This document shows positions 10,001-16,445 of a stretch of DNA of 44,907 nucleotides, piece by piece (position 1 is the stretch's first letter; each line of letters begins with the position of its first letter). The position numbers and the translations under genes were made by a program. The notes under the pieces were generated by a model. It did not search any database and was not told the origin of the DNA. It saw only the letters and a list, made by a program, of their open reading frames with translations. Source of the DNA: Candidatus Omnitrophota bacterium (lineage in GTDB: Bacteria; Omnitrophota; Gorgyraeia; Tantalellales; Tantalellaceae); the NCBI GenBank assembly GCA_007135805.1, contig SLID01000045.1, forward strand, positions 1 to 44,907, in the 5' to 3' direction.

Positions 10001-10494
10001 CCGTTAAGCGTGCCCCTTTTAACAAGTATGTCGGCGGCTTTTTCGCGCGCCTCAAAGCTGGCGAGATGGTCGAAAATTGAAGTGTCATACTTCCCGCAAC
10101 CGCCCTCTACATTTACATGCGTTATTCCGTAGTTTTCCTTGAGGTAGGAAAGGATGTCGGCCACGGAAAGCTGGGCGTCGTAATTACAGTGGGCGTCCTG
10201 GATGTGTACAACGGTGAAACCTGTCCGGGATCCGTCCTCAGGCTCCCAGCGGTCTGTTATAAGTCCCATTGAGCGCGGTACATTTATAGTGGTTGCGGTC
10301 TCCGTAGCCTTCGCGTCGGAATGGGCAAACTTCTCCGAGGCGGAAAGGTTCGATACGGCGGTGCCCGAAATCAGCAGGGTGGAGCAGAGCGCGACAGACA
10401 AAACCTTTCTTGCCGTTTTGAGTACCCGGTATGGGAAACGATGGGCAAACACAATGATATGCTTGCATATCAAACTTTTTTCTACACTAATCAT
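4075..10494 (-). CDS. Giant (2139 aa) putatively secreted multidomain protein: signal peptide, HIQDAH/GGFH N-terminal domain, lyase-like domain, Ser/Thr kinase domain, coiled coil
   Basis: 6.4-kb uninterrupted ORF; hydrophobic N-terminus (RKVLSVALCSTLLISG); HRDLKPDNIL, IDFETA and ATPGY kinase motifs; E/K-rich heptad stretch ~5740-6260. Confidence 0.85.
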   Translation of the reverse strand: MISVEKSLICKHIIVFAHRFPYRVLKTARKVLSVALCSTLLISGTAVSNLSASEKFAHSDAKATETATTINVPRSMGLITDRWEPEDGSRTGFTVVHIQDAHCNYDAQLSVADILSYLKENYGITHVNVEGGCGKYDTSIFDHLASFEAREKAADILVKRGTLNGAEYAGITDKEFFLWGVEDPVLYRKNLMAYMNARKYRDEVFSSLAKLRTYLEKAKKLVFTQKLLDLDRKIQLYRNEKKELRDHLSHLVSAAEESGIDLSGYPNVLTLAITMADEEIIDFKQANLERSALMTRLYGHLPREDLTELESLALFFRQGSISAADFYIYLSNRAKLMDPSLENFPQLSKYITYAARYADINEIAIMDEMTALEETVADIFADNDIQRELLFFCKGLRMIEGILSAAITPQEYAFYKENSSALSFHNAKKLLKDILHTHGIFKNSDIDALKTDELIRKAASFYEYSLERDEAFIRNLRFPYDTGTAALVTGGFHTKNLNRIFRREGIAYITVMPFFRNSEGYNSPYFEILEGRELPISGGMFPLVYSLQIPSRLAPIAGVIDSSNLEMFEVSAYIAGEVASGVSLVVTPENASPIHFGEGHENVRHMTVRELLYETHEKYIDRRISRGEFFEVTDDEMDAAIGTALQISDSPEIHAQIINLQLGKNLAGDPIGIKRSTGLLETRRKEHAGGRGVSIRSDISGSEALNAMVHGIIAGFAQNHETVSRITELLINGDLYEARRLFESADKHRIALWEMSAEHRKNIPRDYAEGFASIARIMRNNHLKMSQNGSWYESEELANFRDLWRENNQIAQGIKLHIDATDDEGNMIPELLEQAIQKLNEKGLPYKIANLAQQKIVTANEQYTYDQEGKSFVIWLVESDGQPIQDQNKIDEILRDLEHFLRVNRWFKMQTNFSEDGTTSDQLYKIPNTVASGRLGYRFGAYNSGIIVIPNETGLARIQPDDHHKHVPKYVPYTGLYGRKPSKPLPYRIAQKMSLRPLRQQVTELKPFLKLLTQRSLRDLAISDDTNFRTGIRGRAAHRIFGVTLDLREQEPEETKKIHKDDIFDIDMPLRKKSAERKKQIPAWVIKFGEFPDDTTAISNWIKEWVISGYARKKGITSVCPHDPVGFLEAIGHEKQGEKLNKAWKEKDFETINNIINAFFTVKDKGLFTSSPTVQGGFTLSKILHVLYPDLHDAPHVATSEELARLDAELEKIKQDLDEVFSGKSEEEKKKILSSWSDKMRETVRKLHAAGVTHRDLKPDNILVDIKNNEVYIIDFETAVLTEKFQDKLLIPDIIRAATPGYSHFYQMNKDMYTALRSLDDRDLFTYLKAQDKFSLEVIYDELVHGFQPFSTRAWMWFSTKGMGHRMIKNGRDLALVKNMVKLARAHQTEDYTPLVEETSEEYNNIIHKFMANLHETFDRRENFEVVRKTFEEKEPLLEKKIKHLENMIKKTEKVLVSIRDDQSETFKKLRTLREAKRTRGLKSSESRTSSIDMTASSLDINLEVAEAKLEDFTKQEEHTKRELNKYIEELEENRAALTELLAKKEKAEKELKKAEELQDYWRHKSDDISRFLELVQQLAAEKPEPIPEAIPVEEEDSKSFATSWIGGDNFTGTPASVLSGDLGRYIEKAGEVASSIISGGVGLKELNFRINRDGKAEPIREDISINGRGIKMSRLRGAGDIASVSPDGKRISINWTAVNEILAISDMTDPSERVEAMKKLIRQTGLPTEPDPAVYAAFIEASAAPLSNEERYAITGRILLHEIASAYSLQVQHEEIARGERELIDSAEAHITGMIAEIHAGNTTRIRRYMGPMLSARDLFQRTSAEDFPETAAIRGPAPRVSAKGTVMVEQGVEKHGKDLANPAEKLLSFEAGARQTIKSCYQDIFFGEKSHIFVIGATPSLEDGTTAHELTLASPVSRSSSALRNMVERWNLSENTALTQSIGTRKARASILGIAAAAAEGAEQHRIQCSISSTVLAELDTDSSLLEQINRMLGTDFDSVTSFLSETAMVDVINDLLERGEGISPAVLAMPFNEAALHGIARLNLSKVISHSRHDTLTRANRDYFRAVSTVAQTIAMISDRSDVQAIADSLLELAEKDPVKFFLSRRFEIFLPPVLPRDHNKIREDYMAKAAILRSL

Positions 10495-10500
10495 AGATGT

Positions 10501-10529
10501 ACTTTACCGCAAAACAGGGGAAAAATCAA
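10501..10529 (-). promoter_or_regulatory. Sigma70-type promoter of the giant gene (probably leaderless)
   Basis: TTGATT-17 bp-TAAAGT, ending 6 nt before the ATG at 10494. Confidence 0.5.
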
Positions 10530-10663
10530 GAAAGTAAAAACAAGCTTTTTTATATTTAACTAAAGCCTGCCAAGGGTCGGTAGTGTTGGAATGGACCGGA
10601 GAAGATCAGAGCATAGTATAGTTGTCTGTCTTAGGAAAGTTTTTGCGGGAAAAAGAAAAAAAA

Positions 10664-10740
10664 TGGGGTGAGCGACGGGATTTGAACCCGCGACAACCTG
10701 AGCCACAGTCAGGCGCTCTACCAGCTGAGCTACGCCCACC
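10664..10740 (-). tRNA. tRNA-His(GTG)
   Basis: Cloverleaf, anticodon loop CT-GTG-GC, G-1 opposite C73, encoded CCA. Confidence 0.95.
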
Positions 10741-10764
10741 ACCGCATTTTTTTGTTTCGTTTTG

Positions 10765-11121
10765 TGGCACGCCCGGCAGGATTCGAACCTGCTACCCTCT
10801 GCTTAGCTTACCACTCCGATTTACATCGGCCTCTTTGTAAGAACAGAGTTGTGGCCTGGACTTTATCTTGGGCATCTCAGCCCCACCGTGTAAAGTCTCT
10901 ACACTCGACACGCAAGGGCGCGTCTAGCTCGGTATTGTCCTCATCGAAAGAGGATATCCACCGAATTAGCGGTGTCCACTTCAAGGGTTCGTTTTCCCGC
11001 ATGAAGGCTCCCGTTCCCGCTGGTTTAAGCGGAGGGTCCGGCTTCCGCGGTATAAAAAAACCTCCCGCGGTACATGGACCCGTTGAAAGGCAGATGCTCT
11101 ATCCAAATGAGCTACGGGCGC
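10765..11121 (-). tRNA. tRNA-Arg(TCT) interrupted by a group I intron (exons 11121-11087 and 10806-10765)
   Basis: Joined exons give a 77-nt cloverleaf: acceptor GCGCCCG/CGGGCGT, D-loop with Arg identity A20 (GGATA), anticodon arm TCTGC-CT-T|CT-AA-GCAGA, GTTCGAAT, CCA. Confidence 0.9.
10807..11086 (-). ncRNA. Group I self-splicing intron (280 nt, no homing endonuclease ORF)
   Basis: P element GCTAATTCGGTGGA (10957-10970), Q GGACAATACCGAGCTAG (10924-10940), R GTGTAGAGACT (10894-10904), S AAGATAAAGTCC (10858-10869), P3 CACCG/CGGTG, 5' exon ends in U, intron ends in omega-G. Confidence 0.9.
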
Positions 11122-11214
11122 GCGTTTCAAAGACCGATCACATTGATCTTCCGAATTTATCTTATCCCATCAGTAGTAAAACACAAAAGCTGTTATATTT
11201 CAACAGGACTTTTG

Positions 11215-11298
11215 TGGTGCGGGCGGAGGGACTCGAACCCCCACGGTAAAACCACTAGCTCCTAAGGCTAGCGCGTCTGCCAATTCCGCCACGCCCGC
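11215..11298 (-). tRNA. tRNA-Leu(TAG)
   Basis: Cloverleaf with variable arm, anticodon arm CTAGC-CT-TAG-GA-GCTAG, CCA. Confidence 0.95.
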
Positions 11299-11364
11299 GA
11301 TATGCCCGGTAACCGGGGATGCGCTACTGAACGGTTTTCGGCAAAATAACTGCCGCGACAAAAC

Positions 11365-11442
11365 TGGTCGGGAAGGTGGGATTCGAACCCACGACCCCCT
11401 GCTCCCAAAGCAGGTACGCTAGCCAAACTGCGCCACTTCCCG
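11365..11442 (-). tRNA. tRNA-Pro(TGG)
   Basis: C1-G72, anticodon arm CCTGC-TT-TGG-GA-GCAGG, CCA. Confidence 0.95.
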
Positions 11443-11490
11443 CGCGTTGAACCCGGCAATTGTTTCGTGAGGCCGGGAAAGAACTTCCAC

Positions 11491-11519
11491 ATTATATCAA
11501 CCTGTTTTACCTAAGTCAA
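11491..11519 (-). promoter_or_regulatory. Sigma70 promoter of the Pro-Leu-Arg-His tRNA operon
   Basis: TTGACT-17 bp-TATAAT about 50 nt upstream of tRNA-Pro. Confidence 0.8.
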
Positions 11520-11741
11520 TCAGGGGTTTTTATCGCGCCAGGATAAAGTTAAAATGTCCGGTATTGTTCTCTTTGTCTGGGCTTGCCGCTCCGGAGCGAA
11601 TACCGCGAAGACGTAAAAATTTCCCTCCCCATTCATCCGAGTGTTGTTCTGTTTTGAAAAGAAAAGGTTAAAAGACCTATCTTGCTTTGGGTAGTTTATT
11701 TTTGCCTTTGGAGGAGCCGGAAGGTAATATATAATGCGTAT

Positions 11742-13136
11742 ATGACCATGGCGGAAAATTACAGGCTTGTAATGGATGTTAATAAAGCTTTGCGGAAAGC
11801 TTTGCCGATACGTCTTGGTATCAATAAGCGTAACGAACTTACGCGCCTCTTATATGAGATCTGTATTTCCCGAAACATCTCTCCTGAAAAAGTACTGGCT
11901 GAGATGCCTTTTTCCGCCTCAGGTGACGAAAAGGGAGGTATTTTTCAGCGTGTAAAGCGAGATCTTGTTAAAACGCGCTACCCGGAGCTCCAAAAAAAAG
12001 ACAGGGTCAGGCTGATGCCCCTCAAAATAGACGGCGAAAGTAATGAAAGTGCTGTGTGGAGAGGGGAATTAGAGCCGCGCCGGATAATCGTCGAAAAAAG
12101 GTCCGCCGGACTTGAGTGGACGCGCGGGTTCCTTAAAATGTTTCCCGGGGCTGAGGTTCTGGAGACCGATAATATACACAGAGCGTCCAAAGAACTGCGC
12201 TTACGGGACAGAATTGATGGTTATGCCCTAAGGAGGGAAACGATATTTATTGTTTCCGGCAAGGCCTCGTTCATAAAAAAATGCCCCTGCACAAAGGGAG
12301 CCGTAAGATGCGGATACTGGGTGCTGAACCTGGGTTTTGGTTGTCCTTTTGATTGTTCCTATTGCTATCTTCAGACATACAGTAATATCCCCGGTTTGGT
12401 CTTTGCCGCTAATATCGAAGAATATTGCGGTCATATCAGAAAATTCGACGCTTCCCAGGCCCGACAAGTAAGAATAGGAACGGGTGAGTTTACGGACTCG
12501 TTGGCGCTTGACAAGTACACGGGCTATTCAAGTAAGCTGATAAGTGTTTTCAGAGAAACTAAAAATCTTATACTGGAGCTTAAGACCAAGACGGCGGATA
12601 TAGACAACGTTCTCAAAGAAAGGGCACATCCCGGTGTTGTGATATCATGGTCGATAAACACTCCCGGGATCGTGGAAAAATACGAGAAAGGAACCGCCGG
12701 GGTCTACCGCAGGATAGAAGCCGCCGCGCTCGCGGCTTCAAGGGGATATAAAGTGGGATTTCATTTCGATCCCGTGGTATGGTATGAAGGATGGGAAAAA
12801 GAATACCAGGACATTGTCAGGCGGCTTTTTTCACATGACAAGGTGCGGGAAAACACTGTATGGATAAGTCTTGGGACACTCAGGTACACACCCGGATTGA
12901 AACAGGCTGCCGAACAAAGATTTTCCGACAACAGGATCTTTTATGAAGGCGGTTTTTTTCTTGATTTTGACGGGAAGTTCCGTTATCCCGAAAAGCTTAG
13001 AAAAGAAATGTACGATAAACTTTTGAGGTACATAAAAGAGGCGGGTGTTTCATGCTGGACGTATCTTTGCATGGAACCCGGAGGGGTCAGTTCCGGGTTG
13101 GAAGGTCTTGAAAAGCCGGCATGGCCGGCGTCCTAA
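11742..13136 (+). CDS. Spore photoproduct lyase-like radical SAM protein with N-terminal extension
   Basis: GCPFDCSYCYLQ CxxxCxxC motif, RIGTGEFTDSL, ELKTK, GFHFDP, WISLG, YLCME; all typical of SplB-family proteins. Confidence 0.85.
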   Translation: MTMAENYRLVMDVNKALRKALPIRLGINKRNELTRLLYEICISRNISPEKVLAEMPFSASGDEKGGIFQRVKRDLVKTRYPELQKKDRVRLMPLKIDGESNESAVWRGELEPRRIIVEKRSAGLEWTRGFLKMFPGAEVLETDNIHRASKELRLRDRIDGYALRRETIFIVSGKASFIKKCPCTKGAVRCGYWVLNLGFGCPFDCSYCYLQTYSNIPGLVFAANIEEYCGHIRKFDASQARQVRIGTGEFTDSLALDKYTGYSSKLISVFRETKNLILELKTKTADIDNVLKERAHPGVVISWSINTPGIVEKYEKGTAGVYRRIEAAALAASRGYKVGFHFDPVVWYEGWEKEYQDIVRRLFSHDKVRENTVWISLGTLRYTPGLKQAAEQRFSDNRIFYEGGFFLDFDGKFRYPEKLRKEMYDKLLRYIKEAGVSCWTYLCMEPGGVSSGLEGLEKPAWPAS

Positions 13137-13152
13137 CAAGGAGGTGGTAAAA

Positions 13153-13860
13153 ATGAAGACAGGCAGATCGTTTTTGGCTTTCGCGGTATTTTTACTTTTG
13201 GGTTCGGCCTTTGCCGCGTTTTTCATTGCCGGGCGGGGAGTTCCCGGAGCTTACGCGATAGAACTGCCGGAACCCGACAGGGAAAGCGGTATTCCTGTCA
13301 GCCGGGCAATACACGGCAGAAAGTCCGTACGGAACTATTCGGCCGAGAGTTTGACCCTTGACCAGGCTGGACAGCTCCTATGGGCTGCCGGCGGCGCAAC
13401 GATCGACGGCGTGACGGGACCGACCAGGTCATATCCATCGGCAGGGGGGACTTATCCTCTCGAGATATATCTTGTGAGCGGAAATGTGGAAGGACTTGAA
13501 GCCGGGCTGTACAAATATCATTGGAGAACCCATTCTCTTGAGATGATATTGCCGGGAGATAAAAGAAGTGATCTTGCCAGCGCCGCCTACGGCCAGCGTA
13601 TGATAGGCGCGGCCCCTGCCACCATAGTGGTGACGGCTGTTTATGAAAGGACGACGAGGCGTTACGGAGATAGAGGGAGAGAGCTTTACGTTCCCATGGA
13701 CGCGGGGCATCTTGGTCAGAATGTGCATCTCCAGGCTGAAAGTATGGGTTTGGGTACGGTAATGGTGGGAGCTTTTTTTGAAAGCCAAGTCGCTTCGGTG
13801 CTTGAAGAACCGGAAGGGGACCCCATATACATGATGCCTGTAGGGTACATTGCCGATTAG
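13153..13860 (+). CDS. SagB/ThcOx-type nitroreductase-family oxidoreductase with N-terminal signal/TM helix
   Basis: RKSVRNY, QLLWAA, RSYPSAGGTYPLE, DAGHLGQNVHL, GLGTVMVGAF; SD AAGGAGGT upstream. Confidence 0.85.
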   Translation: MKTGRSFLAFAVFLLLGSAFAAFFIAGRGVPGAYAIELPEPDRESGIPVSRAIHGRKSVRNYSAESLTLDQAGQLLWAAGGATIDGVTGPTRSYPSAGGTYPLEIYLVSGNVEGLEAGLYKYHWRTHSLEMILPGDKRSDLASAAYGQRMIGAAPATIVVTAVYERTTRRYGDRGRELYVPMDAGHLGQNVHLQAESMGLGTVMVGAFFESQVASVLEEPEGDPIYMMPVGYIAD

Positions 13861-13881
13861 TTTCGTGGGGGCAAACTGGAT

Positions 13882-14988
13882 ATGGAGCTAAAGGATATAG
13901 ATCTCGGGATAAGCCGTTTGTCTCGGCAATTGCGTTTAAGCGCGCGGATAACGCCGCTTAATCGGGAAAGGGAAAAACAGAGATTTTTTGACGCGCTGTC
14001 CAAGGGCAGGCGCTACGATCCTGTTTTCGAGTATGAGGAAGTTTGTTTTGACCGTGAAAAGGAAGAACTGGAACAATTAAGGTCATCCTCCGCCGGGAAA
14101 GGTGTTCTGGGCGACGCTTTAAGAGCGAAAATAGATTTTTTGGCATCCGAACTTGAAATGGTCAGCGGAGGGGACGAGAGTTTTACAGACATCTCAGCCG
14201 TTATCTACGGTCTTCCTGACCAAAGATGTGTAGAGTACTCGAGGCAAATACTTTCCGGGGAAAAGGTGCCGGGTATCGCGGCTGGGCAGGAGACCGTAAC
14301 ACCTCAGCGGATGGCGGATATTATAAAGGGCGAGATAAGAAAAAGAGATCTGGGATGGGATTGTGTCCTTACCTCCAGAATAGTGCCTAAAATGACGGTA
14401 TCGGGTCGCGACAGGACTGTTTACATAAACACGGCGCTTAATTATGTTCCCGAAGAAGTGGAACGTCTTGTGGTACATGAGATAGAAACGCATGTTTTCA
14501 GGGGCATAAACGGGACATATCAGCCATACCGCGTGTTCGCTGAAGGCCTCGCGGGATATAACGAGACTGAAGAAGGCCTGGCCATACTGGCGGAGTTCCG
14601 GTCGGGGTGTCTTGAAAAAGACACCAGACAAATGCTTATATACGCCGCCCGGGCGTTAAGTGTGGCGATGTCACTCAAGAAAGGTTTTTATGAGGTGTTC
14701 GCCGCGATGAGAGAGTATTTTCCGGAGGAGATAGCTTATCGTCTTGTTGAAAGGGTCAAGCGGGGGTTTAAAGACACATCTCTGCCCGGATGTATTACCA
14801 GGGATTTTCATTATATAAGCGGATGGCTTAAGCTCCGTGAATATGCGGATAAAGGCGGGGATATGTCTATTCTGTACGCCGGTAAGATAGGTATAGGGGA
14901 TGTAGAATGGGTCAGAGCGGCGATTGACGAGGGTGTTCTGGTTTACCCGCGGCATTTGCCGAGGTGGTGTTCCGGAGAAACAGAATGA
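13882..14988 (+). CDS. DUF1704 / MATCAP-like gluzincin metallo-carboxypeptidase ('QEGLA motif' family)
   Basis: HEIETH (HExxxH) plus TEEGLA, RVKRG, TRDFHYISG, LYAGKI motifs. Confidence 0.8.
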   Translation: MELKDIDLGISRLSRQLRLSARITPLNREREKQRFFDALSKGRRYDPVFEYEEVCFDREKEELEQLRSSSAGKGVLGDALRAKIDFLASELEMVSGGDESFTDISAVIYGLPDQRCVEYSRQILSGEKVPGIAAGQETVTPQRMADIIKGEIRKRDLGWDCVLTSRIVPKMTVSGRDRTVYINTALNYVPEEVERLVVHEIETHVFRGINGTYQPYRVFAEGLAGYNETEEGLAILAEFRSGCLEKDTRQMLIYAARALSVAMSLKKGFYEVFAAMREYFPEEIAYRLVERVKRGFKDTSLPGCITRDFHYISGWLKLREYADKGGDMSILYAGKIGIGDVEWVRAAIDEGVLVYPRHLPRWCSGETE

Positions 14989-14999
14989 GAGGGGGGAGG

Positions 15000-16445
15000 A
15001 TGAAAGATATTCCGAGATATCTCAGTGAGCGGTATTCGCCCTGGGGCTGGATGGGGCAGAGGGCCCATGACGCTGAAGCGATAAACCGTATACTTCCGCT
15101 GGATATCATAATTAGCTGTAACTACGGCCGGGAGGTACCTTTATTCTTCAGTGATGAAAATATTTTTTCCGTGGAAAGGTCTAACGGAATAAGAAAGAAC
15201 TGGTCTAACGAGGACCTTGCTTCGGCTCTCGAAGGCCAGATAGGCGAAAAAGTGAAAGAAAGGTGTGACTTATACGACAGCCCGCTGAACCTTTTATGTT
15301 ACCGTTCCGTAAAATTTCTTGAGTCGAATGCTCTCAATTTTAAGATGAGGCCTGCCCTGATGGGTGTTCCGGAAAAGTTGAAGAGACATTTCGATAACAA
15401 GATACTTTTGCACAGAAACCTGCGTCCTTTAGGGTTGACGGCCATGGAGGCTCGGGTCGGTCCTCTATGCAAATTTACTTTTGACGTTTTGAGAAAAGAT
15501 CTGGGCATTCCTTTTGTCGTACAGTTTCCCTATGGGTCCAGTGGAAGTTCTACCCACATCATCGCGGCCGAACACGATTACAGGCGCCTTTCGCTGAAAC
15601 ATCGTTTAGATTCCGCTGTTATACGGGAATACATCAACGGCTACTCGATCAACATCAACGCCGTGGTCCTGACCGCGTCTAACGGCACGAGAACTTTATG
15701 TTCATATCCTTCAGTGCAGATAACCGGTGCCCCTGAATGCAGTAATTCTCCCGCGGCGTATTGCGGGAACGATTACACCGCGGCGGCGAGTGTGGAAAAG
15801 AAAGTAATGAGCGAGGTCATCCGGCAGACAAAAGTTACCGGGCAGTGGATGGCTCGATCTGGTTACCGGGGCATCTTTGGTATGGATTTTATAGTCAAGG
15901 GGAACAAGGTATATCCCGTGGAAATAAACCCGAGATTCCAGAACTCGACGGCGCTTCATGCGGCTGCCACGGTATCTCAGGGTGATCCCTCGAAAGCCTT
16001 ATTTCTCGCTCACATAGCCGAATTTCTCCGGGAGAAGGACAGCGTCATGGATACTTACGCTGAAAATATTGACGAGGACGATCTCATGTTTCCGATAAAG
16101 GGAGCGCAGATAATAGTATGCAACGGGCCGTCCGAGACAGTCGTAACGGGAGAAATATTCCCGGGGTTGTATAACATGGTGCTGGGCGAGCTTGTCAGGT
16201 TATCTGAAAAAGTCTCTTTGGCCGATTGTGAGACGCCCGGTGACATAGTTATTACATGTGGGGTCCCGAAACGCTATACCCGGATCGCGCCCGGCGCGTC
16301 CATATGCAAGATACAGTTTTTGACGAACGCGTTGGAACTTTCGGGGAAAAGAAGGCTTAACCCGACGGCGCGGTCGATGGTACGCGCCGTATACGGGGCC
16401 ACGAAACTCAAGGATCTTTCCGGACTGGAGGTGCCGGTCGTATGA
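15000..16445 (+). CDS. ATP-grasp ligase (PGM1/BesA-like branch)
   Basis: FDNK, PFVVQFPYGSSGSST, EYING, YCGND, GYRGIFGMDF, VEINPRFQNST; SD GGAGG before ATG 15000 (alternative start 14985). Confidence 0.8.
   Translation: MKDIPRYLSERYSPWGWMGQRAHDAEAINRILPLDIIISCNYGREVPLFFSDENIFSVERSNGIRKNWSNEDLASALEGQIGEKVKERCDLYDSPLNLLCYRSVKFLESNALNFKMRPALMGVPEKLKRHFDNKILLHRNLRPLGLTAMEARVGPLCKFTFDVLRKDLGIPFVVQFPYGSSGSSTHIIAAEHDYRRLSLKHRLDSAVIREYINGYSININAVVLTASNGTRTLCSYPSVQITGAPECSNSPAAYCGNDYTAAASVEKKVMSEVIRQTKVTGQWMARSGYRGIFGMDFIVKGNKVYPVEINPRFQNSTALHAAATVSQGDPSKALFLAHIAEFLREKDSVMDTYAENIDEDDLMFPIKGAQIIVCNGPSETVVTGEIFPGLYNMVLGELVRLSEKVSLADCETPGDIVITCGVPKRYTRIAPGASICKIQFLTNALELSGKRRLNPTARSMVRAVYGATKLKDLSGLEVPVV

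Noticed and set aside
4316-10563. Many + strand ORFs of 60-180 aa within the giant gene
   Set aside because: Antisense shadows of the 2139-aa ORF with no recognisable motifs
10801-11090. Alternative anticodon readings of the split tRNA (Ser GCT, Lys TTT, Glu TTC)
   Set aside because: They break the U|...G| splice rule or the 7-nt loop, and conflict with A20 and the short variable arm
10560-11492. ORF-track entries 10560-10742, 10622-10840, 10752-11249, 11074-11265 and 11268-11492
   Set aside because: They overlap tRNA genes and the group I intron; spurious translations
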